DNA of 64,000 bases, taken from contig CAXXGO010000006.1 in assembly GCA_963666835.2 (NCBI GenBank), forward strand, positions 1,120,001 to 1,184,000, read 5' to 3'. The stretch is from Phycisphaerae bacterium (lineage in GTDB: Bacteria > Planctomycetota > Phycisphaerae > UBA1845). Below are positions 18,601-30,100 of this stretch, piece by piece. The notes beneath the pieces are model-generated. The model worked only from the letters and a program-made list of their open reading frames with translations. It had not been told where the DNA came from and ran no database searches. Each line of letters opens with the position of its first letter. Positions within the stretch are counted from its first letter, which is position 1. Made by a program: the position numbers and the translations under genes.

Positions 18601-21064
18601 TCCCTTTGATGCCATCCAGAAGGCACTGAACATCGCCATTAGTGGAGACGTGATCCTCGTCGAGGACGGCACGTATACCGGCTCGGGCAACCGCGACATC
18701 GATTTCCGCGGCACGTCGGCCGTTCTGCGCAGCCGAAACGGTGCCGCCAACTGCGTCATCGATTGCGAGTCGCTGGGCCGAGCGTTCTTCTTTCACAATG
18801 AGGAGACGCACGCGTCGGTCGTCGACGGATTCGCGATCGAGAACGGTGAGCCACCCGTTACGTTTGGTAACAACAGCGGCGGAGCGATCTTCTGTTCCGG
18901 AAACAGCAGTCCCACCATCACGCGATGTGTATTCAGGGCCAACCATGTCGCACGCTATGGTGGCGCAGTCGCCGCCTATGCGAGCAGCCCGGCGATTACG
19001 GACAGCGTGTTCTTCGAGAACACCGCGGGAGAACAGGGTGGCGCGGTCTATGTAACTGACTCGCAGGCCAAGGAAGCGTCGGCTGTGATTAGTGGGTGCA
19101 CGCTAACGGGAAACCAGGCCGATCTCGGCGATGCTGTCTTTGTCAATTCCTCGGGTACCTACGTTCATTTAGGTCTATCCGACACGATCGTTTGGGGCAA
19201 CGGCGAAGAGACCCTTATTTACTTATCCGGCAAGCGAGTCTCGATTGCCGTGTCCTACAGCGACGTTCGTTTTGGGCGCCAAGGTGTTCAAGAAAACGAT
19301 GCCTCCGTCAGTTGGGGGCCGGGCAACATGAACGCCGATCCGCTGCTGGCTGATCCGGCCAACGGCGACTACCATCTTCAACCCGGCTCACCTTGCATCG
19401 ACGCCGGCGATCCGACCTTCAGCCCGGAAGGCGACGCAACGGACGTATACGGCGGCGCCCGTCTGCGCTTCTGCCGCGTGGATATTGGTGCCGACGAATC
19501 GGTTCATATCGTCGACTGCAATGAGAATTCCCTTCCCGACTCCTGCGAGATGCTCGACCCAACGGAGCCGGACTGCAACGAGAACCTCATTCTGGATGCG
19601 TGCGAGCCTGATTGCGACGAAAACGGCATTCCGGACGCCTGCGATTTAGCCGATGACCCGAGTCTGGACTGCAACGAGAATGAGACCCTGGACGAATGCG
19701 ATATATCGAGCGGTTTCTCCGTGGACTGCCAGCCCAACGGTGTGCCCGATGAATGTGACCTCGGATTCGTTGATGTTCTCCTTTCGTACGACTTCCCGAC
19801 CATGTACCCGGATTCCAGCCTATGGCCGGTCTGCACGGCGGGGACTTATTCAGGCGTGTGGCGAACTTCACCGCGTTCAATCAAGATCAGACAGCGGGAG
19901 CTTATAGAGTCGCGCCCCCTGGGCCTGTCCGCAGGCCAGGGAGCGATGGTAACCTACTACTGGTGGACATACAGCGGTAGTGCCACCGATGCGCTCCTGT
20001 TCGAGTATTGGGATGGCAGCCAATGGATAACCGCTGCGCACCATCCCCGGACCCCCTACGGCACATCGTGGCAGGAACAGACGATCGAGCTTCCGAACGG
20101 CGGCATTCACGAGGGATCGAGGATAAGATTCTTGGGAGTCGGGAGTTCCTCGCTGGCGGCATACGTTGACGATATCACCATAACAGCGGCGACGTCAAGA
20201 GACTGCAATTACAACGGTATGCCAGACGAGTGCGAGCACGATAACGACTGCAACTCGAACGGGATTCCGGACGACTGCGAACATGATAACGACTGCAACT
20301 CGAATGGAATCCCCGACGACTGCGAACACGATAACGACTGTAACTCGAACTCCGTCCCCGATGAGTGCGAACTTCAGTTCACCCGGTCACTCTTGGTCGA
20401 CTCCTTCCCGAATGTCGATCTGGACTACGACAACTGGCCGATTGTGTGGGGCGCGGGCACGACCGACGCCCTATCACAGAGCCTGCCCTATTCGCTGGAG
20501 CTGGCCGGCACGGACGAAATCGAGAGCCGATCCGTGAACTTAGCCACCGCGGAAAGCGCCGAGCTGGTCTACTTCTGGCAGAATTCCGCAACGCAGAGCG
20601 GGGACGATCTCATTCTGGAGTACTGGGACGGCGCCGTCTGGATGCCGTGGGTCGAGCACCCGGGATACCCGCTTGTCGGCGAATGGCAGGAAGAAGCGAT
20701 GATCCTCCCGGAAGGTGCGCTGCATTCGGAGTTCAAGCTCAGGTTCCGCGCTCTCGCCAGCAGCGACGATCACTACTGGTTCATAGACGATGTCGACCTC
20801 ATCGCGGCGTTCAATAAGGACTGCAACGATAACGGCCTGCCCGACGAGTGCGAGGCCGGAGATTGGACCGGCGACGGCTTGATGGATCTGGACGACTGCG
20901 CCGGGTTGTTCGGCTGCCTCACCGGGGCGGGCGAAGGGACGTCGCTCGATGCACCGGCCTACCACAATGCATGTTGTGTAACCGGTGATATCGATGCCGA
21001 TGGTGATGTCGATCTTGGGGATCTAGCGTTATTGCAGAACGGGTTCAATACTCCCCGCCAATAA
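15671..21064 (+). CDS. Giant secreted Cys/Asp-rich protein (PPC-like domains, Cys-rich modules, right-handed beta-helix, two jelly-roll repeats, C-terminal dockerin-like module)
   Basis: Signal MRCQTLSILIVSICL; PPGNDEC and PLNDACENA domains; many DCNxNGIPDxC repeats; HPFDAIQKAL...GGAI beta-helix; GDWTGDGLMDLDD...GDIDADGDVDLGDLA. Confidence 0.8.
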   Translation: MRCQTLSILIVSICLTPSASFGNQRAGDGAASTWPVELSMESLSDGGVALVDPPGNDECVNAEPISGTGLFPFDNTGATGSYCIYDDERYNAYDTVWYLWTSPCDGTVIVDTCGGTMVDTGLAVFAGSDCTGLTDRFLAGDNASCGGQSRTSFTAQTGEEYLIVLGTEYSAHFPGAYASSPGPGNFAITCADLPADPSSGSKQEICQQSDQWEGFTSDRIESRTADDFSPTEDGEIERVRWWGSYSGGDGDCFAAGSDAFEISYYTDAGGVPGEVFAGPFSQIDGSLSVRGPARIGLAGGDGLVEVEYTADHEPVLVLAGECYWIEISNAQLNDCTWQWRAGRGGNLHAVCDGPPTGAMDGYDTADRLAVDFAFGLDVLRWQACGSRPAPLNDACENALPVIDGVTYFDTATATTDGPVEPDLFPLGDHQVHRDVWFNYRASCSSTLTVSVCGSGFDTKLAVYDSSTCPPSEAAIASSDEFCGDVLPVQSQVSLPTTQGTFYKIRVGGFGTQRGSDCFVAHDSAGCSDTICQSVVCEDAPGCCTPGWDDSCIELAVERCLGDIGPGMLTISCGDLSVESDCAEAEAEDLPATFTGNSANAARQCELVPGSHTWVSFRVASRSMVTVDYSGTNPPMLEAADLVTRGCPCRESEQAALVSVDGDGNRAFVWDCLPAGVYYYPVLSGPGLEGDYVISVTAEPCVDVCADATGDCCVGHDSPGCADPDCCADLCAYDPYCCTDTWDDLCAREAIEICVTCPSEVCVDAVGGCYEAHDSPGCRDPEVCQAVCACDPYCCEWEWDEFCAGSGLSPGCGADNDCNHNTVTDVADIMFGGIEDRDGNRIPDECESDCNANGIVDECDILDGTSEDCNLNRIPDECDPDCNFNLIPDDLDILSGDSNDCNENTVPDECEPGADCNGNGILDFCDLAAGTSEDQNLNGIPDDCELNHTFYIDDDAPGDPGPGDPEVSDPAENGTPEHPFDAIQKALNIAISGDVILVEDGTYTGSGNRDIDFRGTSAVLRSRNGAANCVIDCESLGRAFFFHNEETHASVVDGFAIENGEPPVTFGNNSGGAIFCSGNSSPTITRCVFRANHVARYGGAVAAYASSPAITDSVFFENTAGEQGGAVYVTDSQAKEASAVISGCTLTGNQADLGDAVFVNSSGTYVHLGLSDTIVWGNGEETLIYLSGKRVSIAVSYSDVRFGRQGVQENDASVSWGPGNMNADPLLADPANGDYHLQPGSPCIDAGDPTFSPEGDATDVYGGARLRFCRVDIGADESVHIVDCNENSLPDSCEMLDPTEPDCNENLILDACEPDCDENGIPDACDLADDPSLDCNENETLDECDISSGFSVDCQPNGVPDECDLGFVDVLLSYDFPTMYPDSSLWPVCTAGTYSGVWRTSPRSIKIRQRELIESRPLGLSAGQGAMVTYYWWTYSGSATDALLFEYWDGSQWITAAHHPRTPYGTSWQEQTIELPNGGIHEGSRIRFLGVGSSSLAAYVDDITITAATSRDCNYNGMPDECEHDNDCNSNGIPDDCEHDNDCNSNGIPDDCEHDNDCNSNSVPDECELQFTRSLLVDSFPNVDLDYDNWPIVWGAGTTDALSQSLPYSLELAGTDEIESRSVNLATAESAELVYFWQNSATQSGDDLILEYWDGAVWMPWVEHPGYPLVGEWQEEAMILPEGALHSEFKLRFRALASSDDHYWFIDDVDLIAAFNKDCNDNGLPDECEAGDWTGDGLMDLDDCAGLFGCLTGAGEGTSLDAPAYHNACCVTGDIDADGDVDLGDLALLQNGFNTPRQ
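20201..20370 (+). repeat. In-frame 45-bp tandem repeat (DCNSNGIPDDCEHDN, about 3.7 copies)
   Basis: Repeats are directly visible in both DNA and protein. Confidence 0.85.
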
Positions 21065-21104
21065 CTTCAGGGCGGGGAATAATGGGTACCGGGAGGGTGT
21101 CGAA

Positions 21105-24100
21105 GTGCCGTTTTTCATGAGACCGACTCTGACTCTGCTCGTCGTAGTTGTAACGACCCTCGGCTTTTGCGCCGGGGCGAATCCGGCCCGCGGGCAATGC
21201 CAGATCAACAAGATAACTGCGGATGACGGGATGACGGACGACGATTTCGGGTCAGCCGTGGCCATCGACGGTGAATGCGTGGTCGTCGGAGCCCCCCATG
21301 CCGTTCTAGATAGCGGAGCAGCATATCTCTATCGCCGGGCGGGGCTCTATTGGGTACCGATCCAGGAGCTGACCGGAGGGCTCGCCGAATTTGGAGACAA
21401 CTACGGTACCAGCGTGGCCATTGACGGCGATGTCGTCGTAATCGGAGCCCCCAATCGTGACGATGACGGCCTGCCGGATGTCGGAGCCGTCTACGTGTGG
21501 CGACGAGATACCGTAGCGGACATCTGGTGCTTGGAACACACGATCCTGGCACCCGACCGGGAGATGTACGACGGCTTCGGGGAGGCTGTGGCCATCGACG
21601 GATCATGGATGGTCATCGGCTGCCCGGGTGACAACGCGGTGGCAGAATCGGCCGGTTCGGCCTATGTGTATGCCTTCGACGGCACCACCGGGACCTGGTC
21701 CGAAGCCGGATTCCTGAGGGCCTCGGACGGCGCTTCGGCCGACGGTTTCGGGCGGGCTGTCGCTATCAGTGGCGATCGGATCGTGGTGGGTGCCGAATCG
21801 GACGACGACGGTGGTTCCAGCTCCGGCTCGGCCTACGTCTTCCGGTTCGACGCCGTAAGCGGTTGGTCTCAGACGCAGAAGCTCGTGGCCGTCGACGACG
21901 ATGGTATCAGCGACGCTGATGCCAACGACAAGTTCGGCTCCGCGGTCTCGATTGACAGGCTGCGCATAGCCGTTGGGGCCAACGGTAACGACTCCGCCCT
22001 GTCGAATACCGGCTCTGTCTATGTCTTCCAAAAGGGCGAGGCCGGCTGGGCAATCGATAAGAAACTCGACGCGGCTAATGCGGCCGCGTCGGACCGCTTC
22101 GGCCGATCGGTTTCGATACTGGGCGACTATCTCCTCGTCGGGGCGGATTATACGGACGGAGCGGGAAGCTCGTCAGGATCGGCGTATGTCTTTCGCCACA
22201 CCGGCTCCACGTGGGTACAGGTTGCGGAGCTGGTCGCCAACGACGCAGAGGCCGGGGATCGTTTCGGATGCGCTTTGGCTCTCGGCCGTGACTATGCTGC
22301 AATCGGGGCGTACGGCGATGACGATAGCGGTTCCTCCGCGGGGGCGGCTTATGTTTTCAAGGTAACGGTCGGTACCGACTGCGACAATAACGGCGTGGCG
22401 GACGAGTGTGACATCGCCGCCGGCACGCATTCGGACGACAACGGCAACGGAATCCCCGACCAGTGCGAGTGTGTCGAGTCCGAGGAATGTGTGGACGCGT
22501 TGTTCTGCAACGGGGTCGAGACCTGCGTGGACGGGGCCTGTGTGTCCAGCGGCAACCCCTGCATCGAGCTCGGCCTCGTCTGCGACGAAGCTTCCGATTC
22601 CTGCGTAGCCTGTCAGGACGACATGGACTGTTACGACGGCAATGCCTGCACCGATGATGTGTGCCAAGAGCAGGAATGCGTTCACTTCTTTGTGCCGAGT
22701 GGTACGGATTGCGGGTTCCCGGCCGATCCCGAATGCGGCGTGATGAGTACGTGCGATGGTGCCGGACTATGTGTGCCTAATCACCTGCCGAATGGTACAC
22801 CGTGCAGCGAAGACGACGACCAATGTACCGACGACGTGTGTATCGACGGCGAATGCCGGCATCCGGATAGTCCGAACGGCACGCCGTGCTCCGATGACGG
22901 CCGGGAATGCACCGACGACGTGTGTACCGACGCCGTGTGCGAGCATCCATATCTGCCGTTCGGGACGGCCTGCGGAGATCCTTCCGAAACCGATTGCGAC
23001 ATGCCGGATACGTGCGATCAAATCGGCCACTGCATGGGGAACTACAGAGTTAACGGCACCCCGTGCGAAAGCGACGATAACGATTGCACCGACGATGTCT
23101 GCTACATAGGCGTGTGCACCCATCCCAACTTGTGGGAAGGCATCGCCTGCGGGGATCAGAGCGTCACCGAGTGCGACATGGCGGATACCTGCGACGGTCA
23201 CGGCGTTTGCAGCCCCAACCACGTCAGTGACGGAGTCTCCTGCACCGACGACGGAAACGAATGCACCGGCGATTACTGCAGCTCCGGAGAATGCACCCAT
23301 CCGAACGTCTCCATGGGGACATCCTGTGGGGATCCCGCCGTGGACGCGTGCAATGGAGCGGATACATGTGACGGCGCGGGTACGTGTCTTGATAACTGGA
23401 TCGCCGACGGGACTGCTTGCATCAATGACTTCAACACCTGCACGGACGACTACTGTGAATCGGGAGTCTGTATTCACCCCGCCGTGCCGAGCGGTACCGC
23501 CTGCGGCAGCCCCGTAGATAGTGAGTGCTCCGCGCCGGACACCTGTGACGATTCCGGCGTGTGCCGGCCGAACCACGAGCCCGATGGGACGGTTTGCACG
23601 ATTGACGGTAACCTCTGTACCGACGATATCTGCATCGAAGGCATCTGTTCTCATCCGAACCGCTCGGCCGGGACGCCCTGCGGAGACCCCACACAATTCG
23701 AGTGCAGCGGGCCGGACGTTTGCGACGGCGAGGGGCTCTGTCTGACCCAAGTTGCCCCGGCAGGGACCCCGTGCGGAGATCCTACGGAGACCGAGTGCAA
23801 CTTCGCCGACATCTGCGACGGCGCCGGAGTGTGCAGCGACAACCTCTCGCCCGACGGAACCTCGTGTACCGAAGACGGGAACGTCTGCACCGATGATGTC
23901 TGTATCGCCGGGTGTTGCACGCACCCGTCCAGGCCGGACGGAATGCCGTGCCCCGACGACCTCTTCTGCAACGGAGAAGAGACCTGTCTCGACGCCGTCT
24001 GCGTGGCGGCCGAGCCCCCTTGCGCGCAAGCCGGCCAGGTCTGCGATGAAGATAACGACATCTGCTTCTGCCAGGACGGGGTCGATTGCAGCCGCCTGTA

Positions 24101-27100
24101 CGTGAGCGCCGTAGCTGTTTCTCCTCCGGACGGGCTAAGCTGGGCTACCGCTTACCCCGACCTGAAAACGGCTCTGAACATGGCCGCGTTATCCGGCCTG
24201 GTCGATGAGATCTGGGTCGCGGCCGGGACGTACACTCCCGCCGGTGTGGCAGGCGATCGGCAAGCGAGCTTCCAACTCGTGCCGGATGTAAACCTGTACG
24301 GCGGTTTCGCTGGTACCGAGACTAGCCTCGATGAGCGCGATCTCACCAACCCCGCCTTTGCGACGATCCTCAGCGGCGACCTGAACGGAGACGATCTTCC
24401 CGGGTTCGAAAACCGCGCGGATAACTCGTTCCACGTGGTCATTGGCGTCAACGCCGATTTCGAACCCATCATGACCGCCCTCGCCGCCGCCGATTCGCAG
24501 GGATACAGCGTCGATTCGATCACGGCCGAGGACTACCAGGACCTCATATCCCGCGCCGTACCGTATTCTGCCACGCTCGACGGCTTCACCATCTCCGGCG
24601 GAAACGCCGACGGCGAGTTCCTGCACTCCTTCGGTGGCGGAATGTACAACATGGTCGATAGACCGGCCGTGAGAAACTGCACCTTCACCAATAACCGCGC
24701 GGCCGTGCGCGGCGGCGGTATGTACAACTCAGTCGGCAGTAATCCGGCCATTGACGTTTGCGTCTTCCATGGCAACACGGCCGGGACCGGCGCGGCGATG
24801 TCAAACTACAACGCCAGCCAACCGGCAGTCACCGATAGCAACTTCGTCGACAACACCGCCGACTTAGCCGGCGGCGCAATCGCCAACCAGTTCGACAGCA
24901 GCGCAACCTTGCAGAACTGCACCTTCACGCGCAACGCCGGCGGCACCCAGGGTGGCGCTCTGTTCAACAACGGCAGCGATCCGACCATAACCGGCTGTGT
25001 ATTCGCCGGAAATACGGTCGTCGGTTCCGGGAGCGGCGGGGCGATCTTCAACTACGCCGGTCAGTCGACCGTTACGAACTGCACCTTCTTCGGGAACAGC
25101 GCTTCGACCGCGGCCGGTATCTACAGCAGTTTCAACAGCGTTTTGACCTTGACCAACTCGATTCTCTGGAACAACGTAAGCGACGCCGGAGCCACCGAGA
25201 CCGCCCAGGTTGTCGTCACCGGCAGCGAGCCCGCAATCGAATACTGCTGCATCCAGGGCCTTACGGGCATACTCGGCGGTGACGGGAACGTCGGCGCCGA
25301 TCCGCTATTCATCGACGCGGTCGGGCCCGACGGGGTGATCGGCACCGGGGACGATGATCTTCGTCTTGCCTCGGGCTCCCCGGCCATCGACGCCGGTTCC
25401 AACACTGCGCTGCCCTCCGGTTTCTCGGTCGACCTCGACGGCGCGCCGCGAACCGTCAATGACCCGGAGACCCCGAACACCGGAAGACGCACCGGCAATT
25501 GTCTGATGGTCGATCTCGGCGCGTACGAGTATCAGACCGACGCCCCGATAAACGATTGCAACGGCAACTTCATCGAGGACGAATGCGAGACGGCCGACGG
25601 CTCGACCGCGGACTGCAACAACAACGGCGTACCGGACATCTGTGATCTGCTGCCCGGTACCAATCTCGACTGCAACGACAACATGTTGATCGATGCTTGC
25701 GAGACGGCCGACGGCACCACTACCGACTGTAACGCTAACCTGGTCCCGGACGAGTGCGACGTGGCGTCCGGCGATAGCGAAGACACCAACGATGACGGCA
25801 TCCCCGACGAGTGCCAGGTATTGTATGTCGATGTCCGGGCGGTCTACGGGGCGAACGACGGCTCCAGTTGGTGCGACGCCTTCGTCGATCTCCAAGACGC
25901 TCTGGCCGCGGCTTCCCCCGGTGATGCGATTCTCGTGGCCGACGGCACGTACTACCCCGCCCCGCCCGGCGGAGACCGAACCGCGAGTTTCGAATTAACC
26001 AGCGGGCTACGCCTCTACGGCGGTTACCGCGGCTGCGGCTCGGGGGACCCCAACGAACGTAACGTCCAGCAATACGAGACGATCCTCAGCGGTGACATCG
26101 ACGAAGACGACGAACTGACCAGCAACTGCTGCTTCGCCCATGATTCCCCCGGCTGCGATGACGCGATCTGTGAGCGGGCAGTATGCGAAGGGAACTCCAC
26201 TGAAGTGTGTTGTTACGAAGACTGGGACGAAGACTGTGCGGCGAGTGCCATGTGGAGCCGATGCCGGGACGTATGTCAAAGTGATGACACAAACAACAGC
26301 TATTGGGTTGTGCGGGCGGACTCGGTAGATGACAAGTGCATCTTCGATGGTTTCACGGTTACTGCCTCCAACGCAGTTGGTATGGCGATTGCCGTCTCCG
26401 ATTTGACCGTCAATGATTGCACCTTTTCGGGGCATCACGGCGAGTATTACGACACTTCGGCCATGTCGATATCAGAGCAGGCGAACTCTTCGGGAGAATA
26501 CCACACACCCCGTGTCACTAACTGCCGCTTTATCGATAACGGGAGCCCGGACTGGCGTTGCAACGGGGCGGCGCTTGAGGTCAACAACGGCAATGCCGTT
26601 TTGACTGATTGCTTGTTTGAGAACAACATGAGCGAATTAGGCGGGGCGGTCTTTCATGGCGACTCCTACGGATCTCCCGATCCTGACGAGGTTCTTGGCA
26701 CTCTCACTCTCAACAACTGTACGTTACGCAATAATCTCGCTACGTATAGCCAACGTGGTTCCGGCGGTGCCATATACACCAGTTACGCGTCGCTGGTCCT
26801 CAACGGATGCACGTTCGAAGGCAACATTGGTGAGGATGTGGGTGGTGCCGTTGTGGTTTGGCGCAGCGATTTCCTAATTCAGGATTGTACGTTCTCTGAC
26901 AACATCGCGGACGGCGCGGGCGGGGCGATCTTCGTCGAAACCTACGATGCGTTGCGAGACTATGCAATAGTAGGCTGTACATTCACCCGGAACACGGCCT
27001 ATAGTGGCGGCGGCGTCTACATCGAGCTTGATGGAGCCAGACCGTTGGGCATTCGTGGCTGTTTGTTCTCCGAGAATCATGCCAACTCGGGCGGTGGCAT

Positions 27101-30100
27101 CTGCGCTGATGCACAAGCCAGGTTACAGGATTGTGTATTCGCCGGCAATTCGGCCGACTACGGTGGGGCAGGCGTCCATGCCGATGCGTTTCTGTCGGCA
27201 ACAGGATGTGTGTTCACCGCAAACGAGGCGATCACCGGCGCCGGATTGGATGCGGGGAAAGCAGAGGTTGTCTCAAGTACCTTTGCGGCGAATCGCGCCG
27301 ATGCGTGTGGTGCCATCGACGCAGACGGAACGTTCGTCAACTGCCTGGTAAGCGGGAACGTGAGCAGCTCGTCTGGGGGCGGAATCTGCAGTGGAGATGC
27401 GACGTTCATCAACTGTGCGATAACAGACAACCACGCGGACCTCCGCGGAGGCGGCATCGCCGGCAGGCGACCTTCGTTGATCAACAGCGTTATCTGGGGC
27501 AATACCGATAGCGGTAGTGATCCGGAGTCCGCCCAGATATTCGAGGATCCTCCCGGACAGTGGACGGGCGGTATTCGCGTGGAGCACAGTTGCGTCGAAG
27601 GGCTTACCGGCATCCTCGGCGGGATCGGAAACACCGGTAGCGATCCGTTGTTTGTCGCTCGCGGCTACTGGGATGACGGCGGCACCCCGGACGACCCTGA
27701 GGATGACGAGTGGATCGACGGAGACTACCGGTTGCTCGCCGGGTCACCGGCCATCGACGCCGGCGTTCGAAGTAATTGGCCGTACTACGTTTTGACCGAT
27801 CTCGATGGTCAGGAGCGGTTCGTGGACGATCCCGATATCCCAAACGCCGCGGCGGACCGATACCTCTCGGTCGACTTGGGCCCGTATGAGTTCCAGCTCA
27901 CCACTCCGGGCGAAGACTGCAATGGCAACGGAGTTGGCGACAACTTCGACCTGTTCTACGAGTACACCCTCGACCTGGGCGATCTTGCGGTGGGAGGGGA
28001 CGGCACCGGCATTGCGACCCGCGGAACCGGACTGAATCCCCGCACCGGCACGCTGGTCGCCCCGGACGTCTTCGGCGGGGAGGATGGGGAAGGGCCGTCA
28101 TTCATAACCACCGACGGCACCAACAACACGGTCGACCTGCCGGCAGTGAACGGCGTGTTCGTCCCCAACGGGATCACTCCGATTGATAACCGGGGAACCA
28201 CGTTCGAGTTCCCCGCCACTGGCGGCTATGGGTGGGACGCCATCCGCCACGGGGCCGCGGTGTTCGACGACGACGCTTACTATTATCCGGTATTGGAGCC
28301 GATCCAAATGCCGGACTCGGTCCGTTTCGAACGGCCGGGGATCGGGATGAACACAAACGCCGGAATCACTTTCGATCTCGCCTCCATCGTTCCTCCGGGG
28401 CCGGCGAATACGCCGAGGGGGTTCCAAGCAGTGACCGGGCGGAACGATGGTACGGATCGGTGGGGCAAGGGATTCGAGGCGTGGGTACTCGTGGACGGAG
28501 TCGTCCGGTTCTATCAACCCATCCCAGACGACTCGCGGTACCGACACGTTGCAGTAGATGTTCCGTTGATCGAAGGTGACCGGTTCTTGACTCTCGCGAC
28601 CACCGACCTGGATGGGCGGATCGCCGATGACTGGGCCGTATTTGCCGACGCCCGCCTGGTCGTCCGGGTGGAGGGCGACTGCAACGACAACGGCACCCCC
28701 GACGAGTGCGACCTAATGCAGGGTGACAGCGTCGATTGGAACGACGATGGTTTTCCCGACGAGTGCAACCGCGACTGCAATAACAACGCCCTGCCGGACT
28801 TCATCGAGATTGTCTTCGGGTTGTGCGACAACTGTAACGACGATGACATCCCGGACGTGTGTCAGCTTGCCGGTAACGACTGCAACTTCAACGAGATCCC
28901 CGACGACTGCGACATCGCGGATGGAACCTGCCTGGACGACAACGCCAACGGCGTCCCCGACGGGTGCGACCCGGACTGTGACGGGGACGGCATCCCGGAT
29001 TTCTCCGAGATCCTCTCCGGCGAAGTCGATGACTGCAACGCTAACGGCGTGCCGGACAACTGCGAGCCGGACTGCGATGGTAATGGCATAGCCGACGCTT
29101 GCGATCTGGCCGATTCGACCTACCCCGACTGCAACAGCAACGGCAGGCCCGATCTCTGCGAGATCGAGGCGGGGACCAGTCCGGACGTCGATGAGGACGG
29201 GGTGCCTGATGAGTGCCAGGCGGCCGTCCTGTTTGTTGATGCCGATACCCGCGGACTCGGCAACGGTACCTCCTGGGTGGACGCCTATCCGTCTCTGCAA
29301 GATGCCCTGACCACCGCGGCCGCGTCGGATGTCGCCGAGGAAATCTGGGTGGCGTCCGGTACGTATCACCCCGCCGGACCCGACGGCGATCGGACGGCCG
29401 CCTTCCAGTTGGCGTCGGGAGTATCCGTATACGGTGGATTCGCCGGTATTGAGACCCAACGGGAACAACGCCGCCCGGGGGATCATCCCACCATTCTGAG
29501 CGGCGACCTGAACGAAGATGACCATCTGCCGGACGGCCGTGCGGAGAACAGCTATCACGTGGTTACCGGTAGTGGCACTGACGATGCGGCCCGGCTCGAC
29601 GGATTCACTATTCGCAACGGACAGGCCGACGGCACCGATTCTGGGCAAGACTCCGGCGGCGGGCTATATTGCCTTTCCGGATCGCCCACGATCAGCGACT
29701 GCGTGTTTACCGCCAACTACGCCCGAGCGGGCGGCGGGGCGGCGTTCAATGACGGTAGCCCGACCCTTTGGCTAAGATGCCGGTTCTTCGGAAACCACTC
29801 CGACGGAAACGGTGGAGCGATGTCCAACAACAACAGCTATCCCGAAATCCGGTCGAGCACCTTCGTCGGAAACTCATCGGTAGGCGATGGCGGGGCGATA
29901 AGTAGGTTCACCTATCAATCGAGGTTGTACAACTGTACGGTAGTCGGAAACGTCACGGACGGGCTCGGAGGCGGAATCGCCAACCCCAGCGTATCTGCGG
30001 CTACCATCAGCAACAGCGTGTTCTGGGCCAACCGTGACAGGAGGGGGATAACCGCATCCTCGCAGATTTACGGGTATGCCGCGAGGGGTTTCAGCATTAT

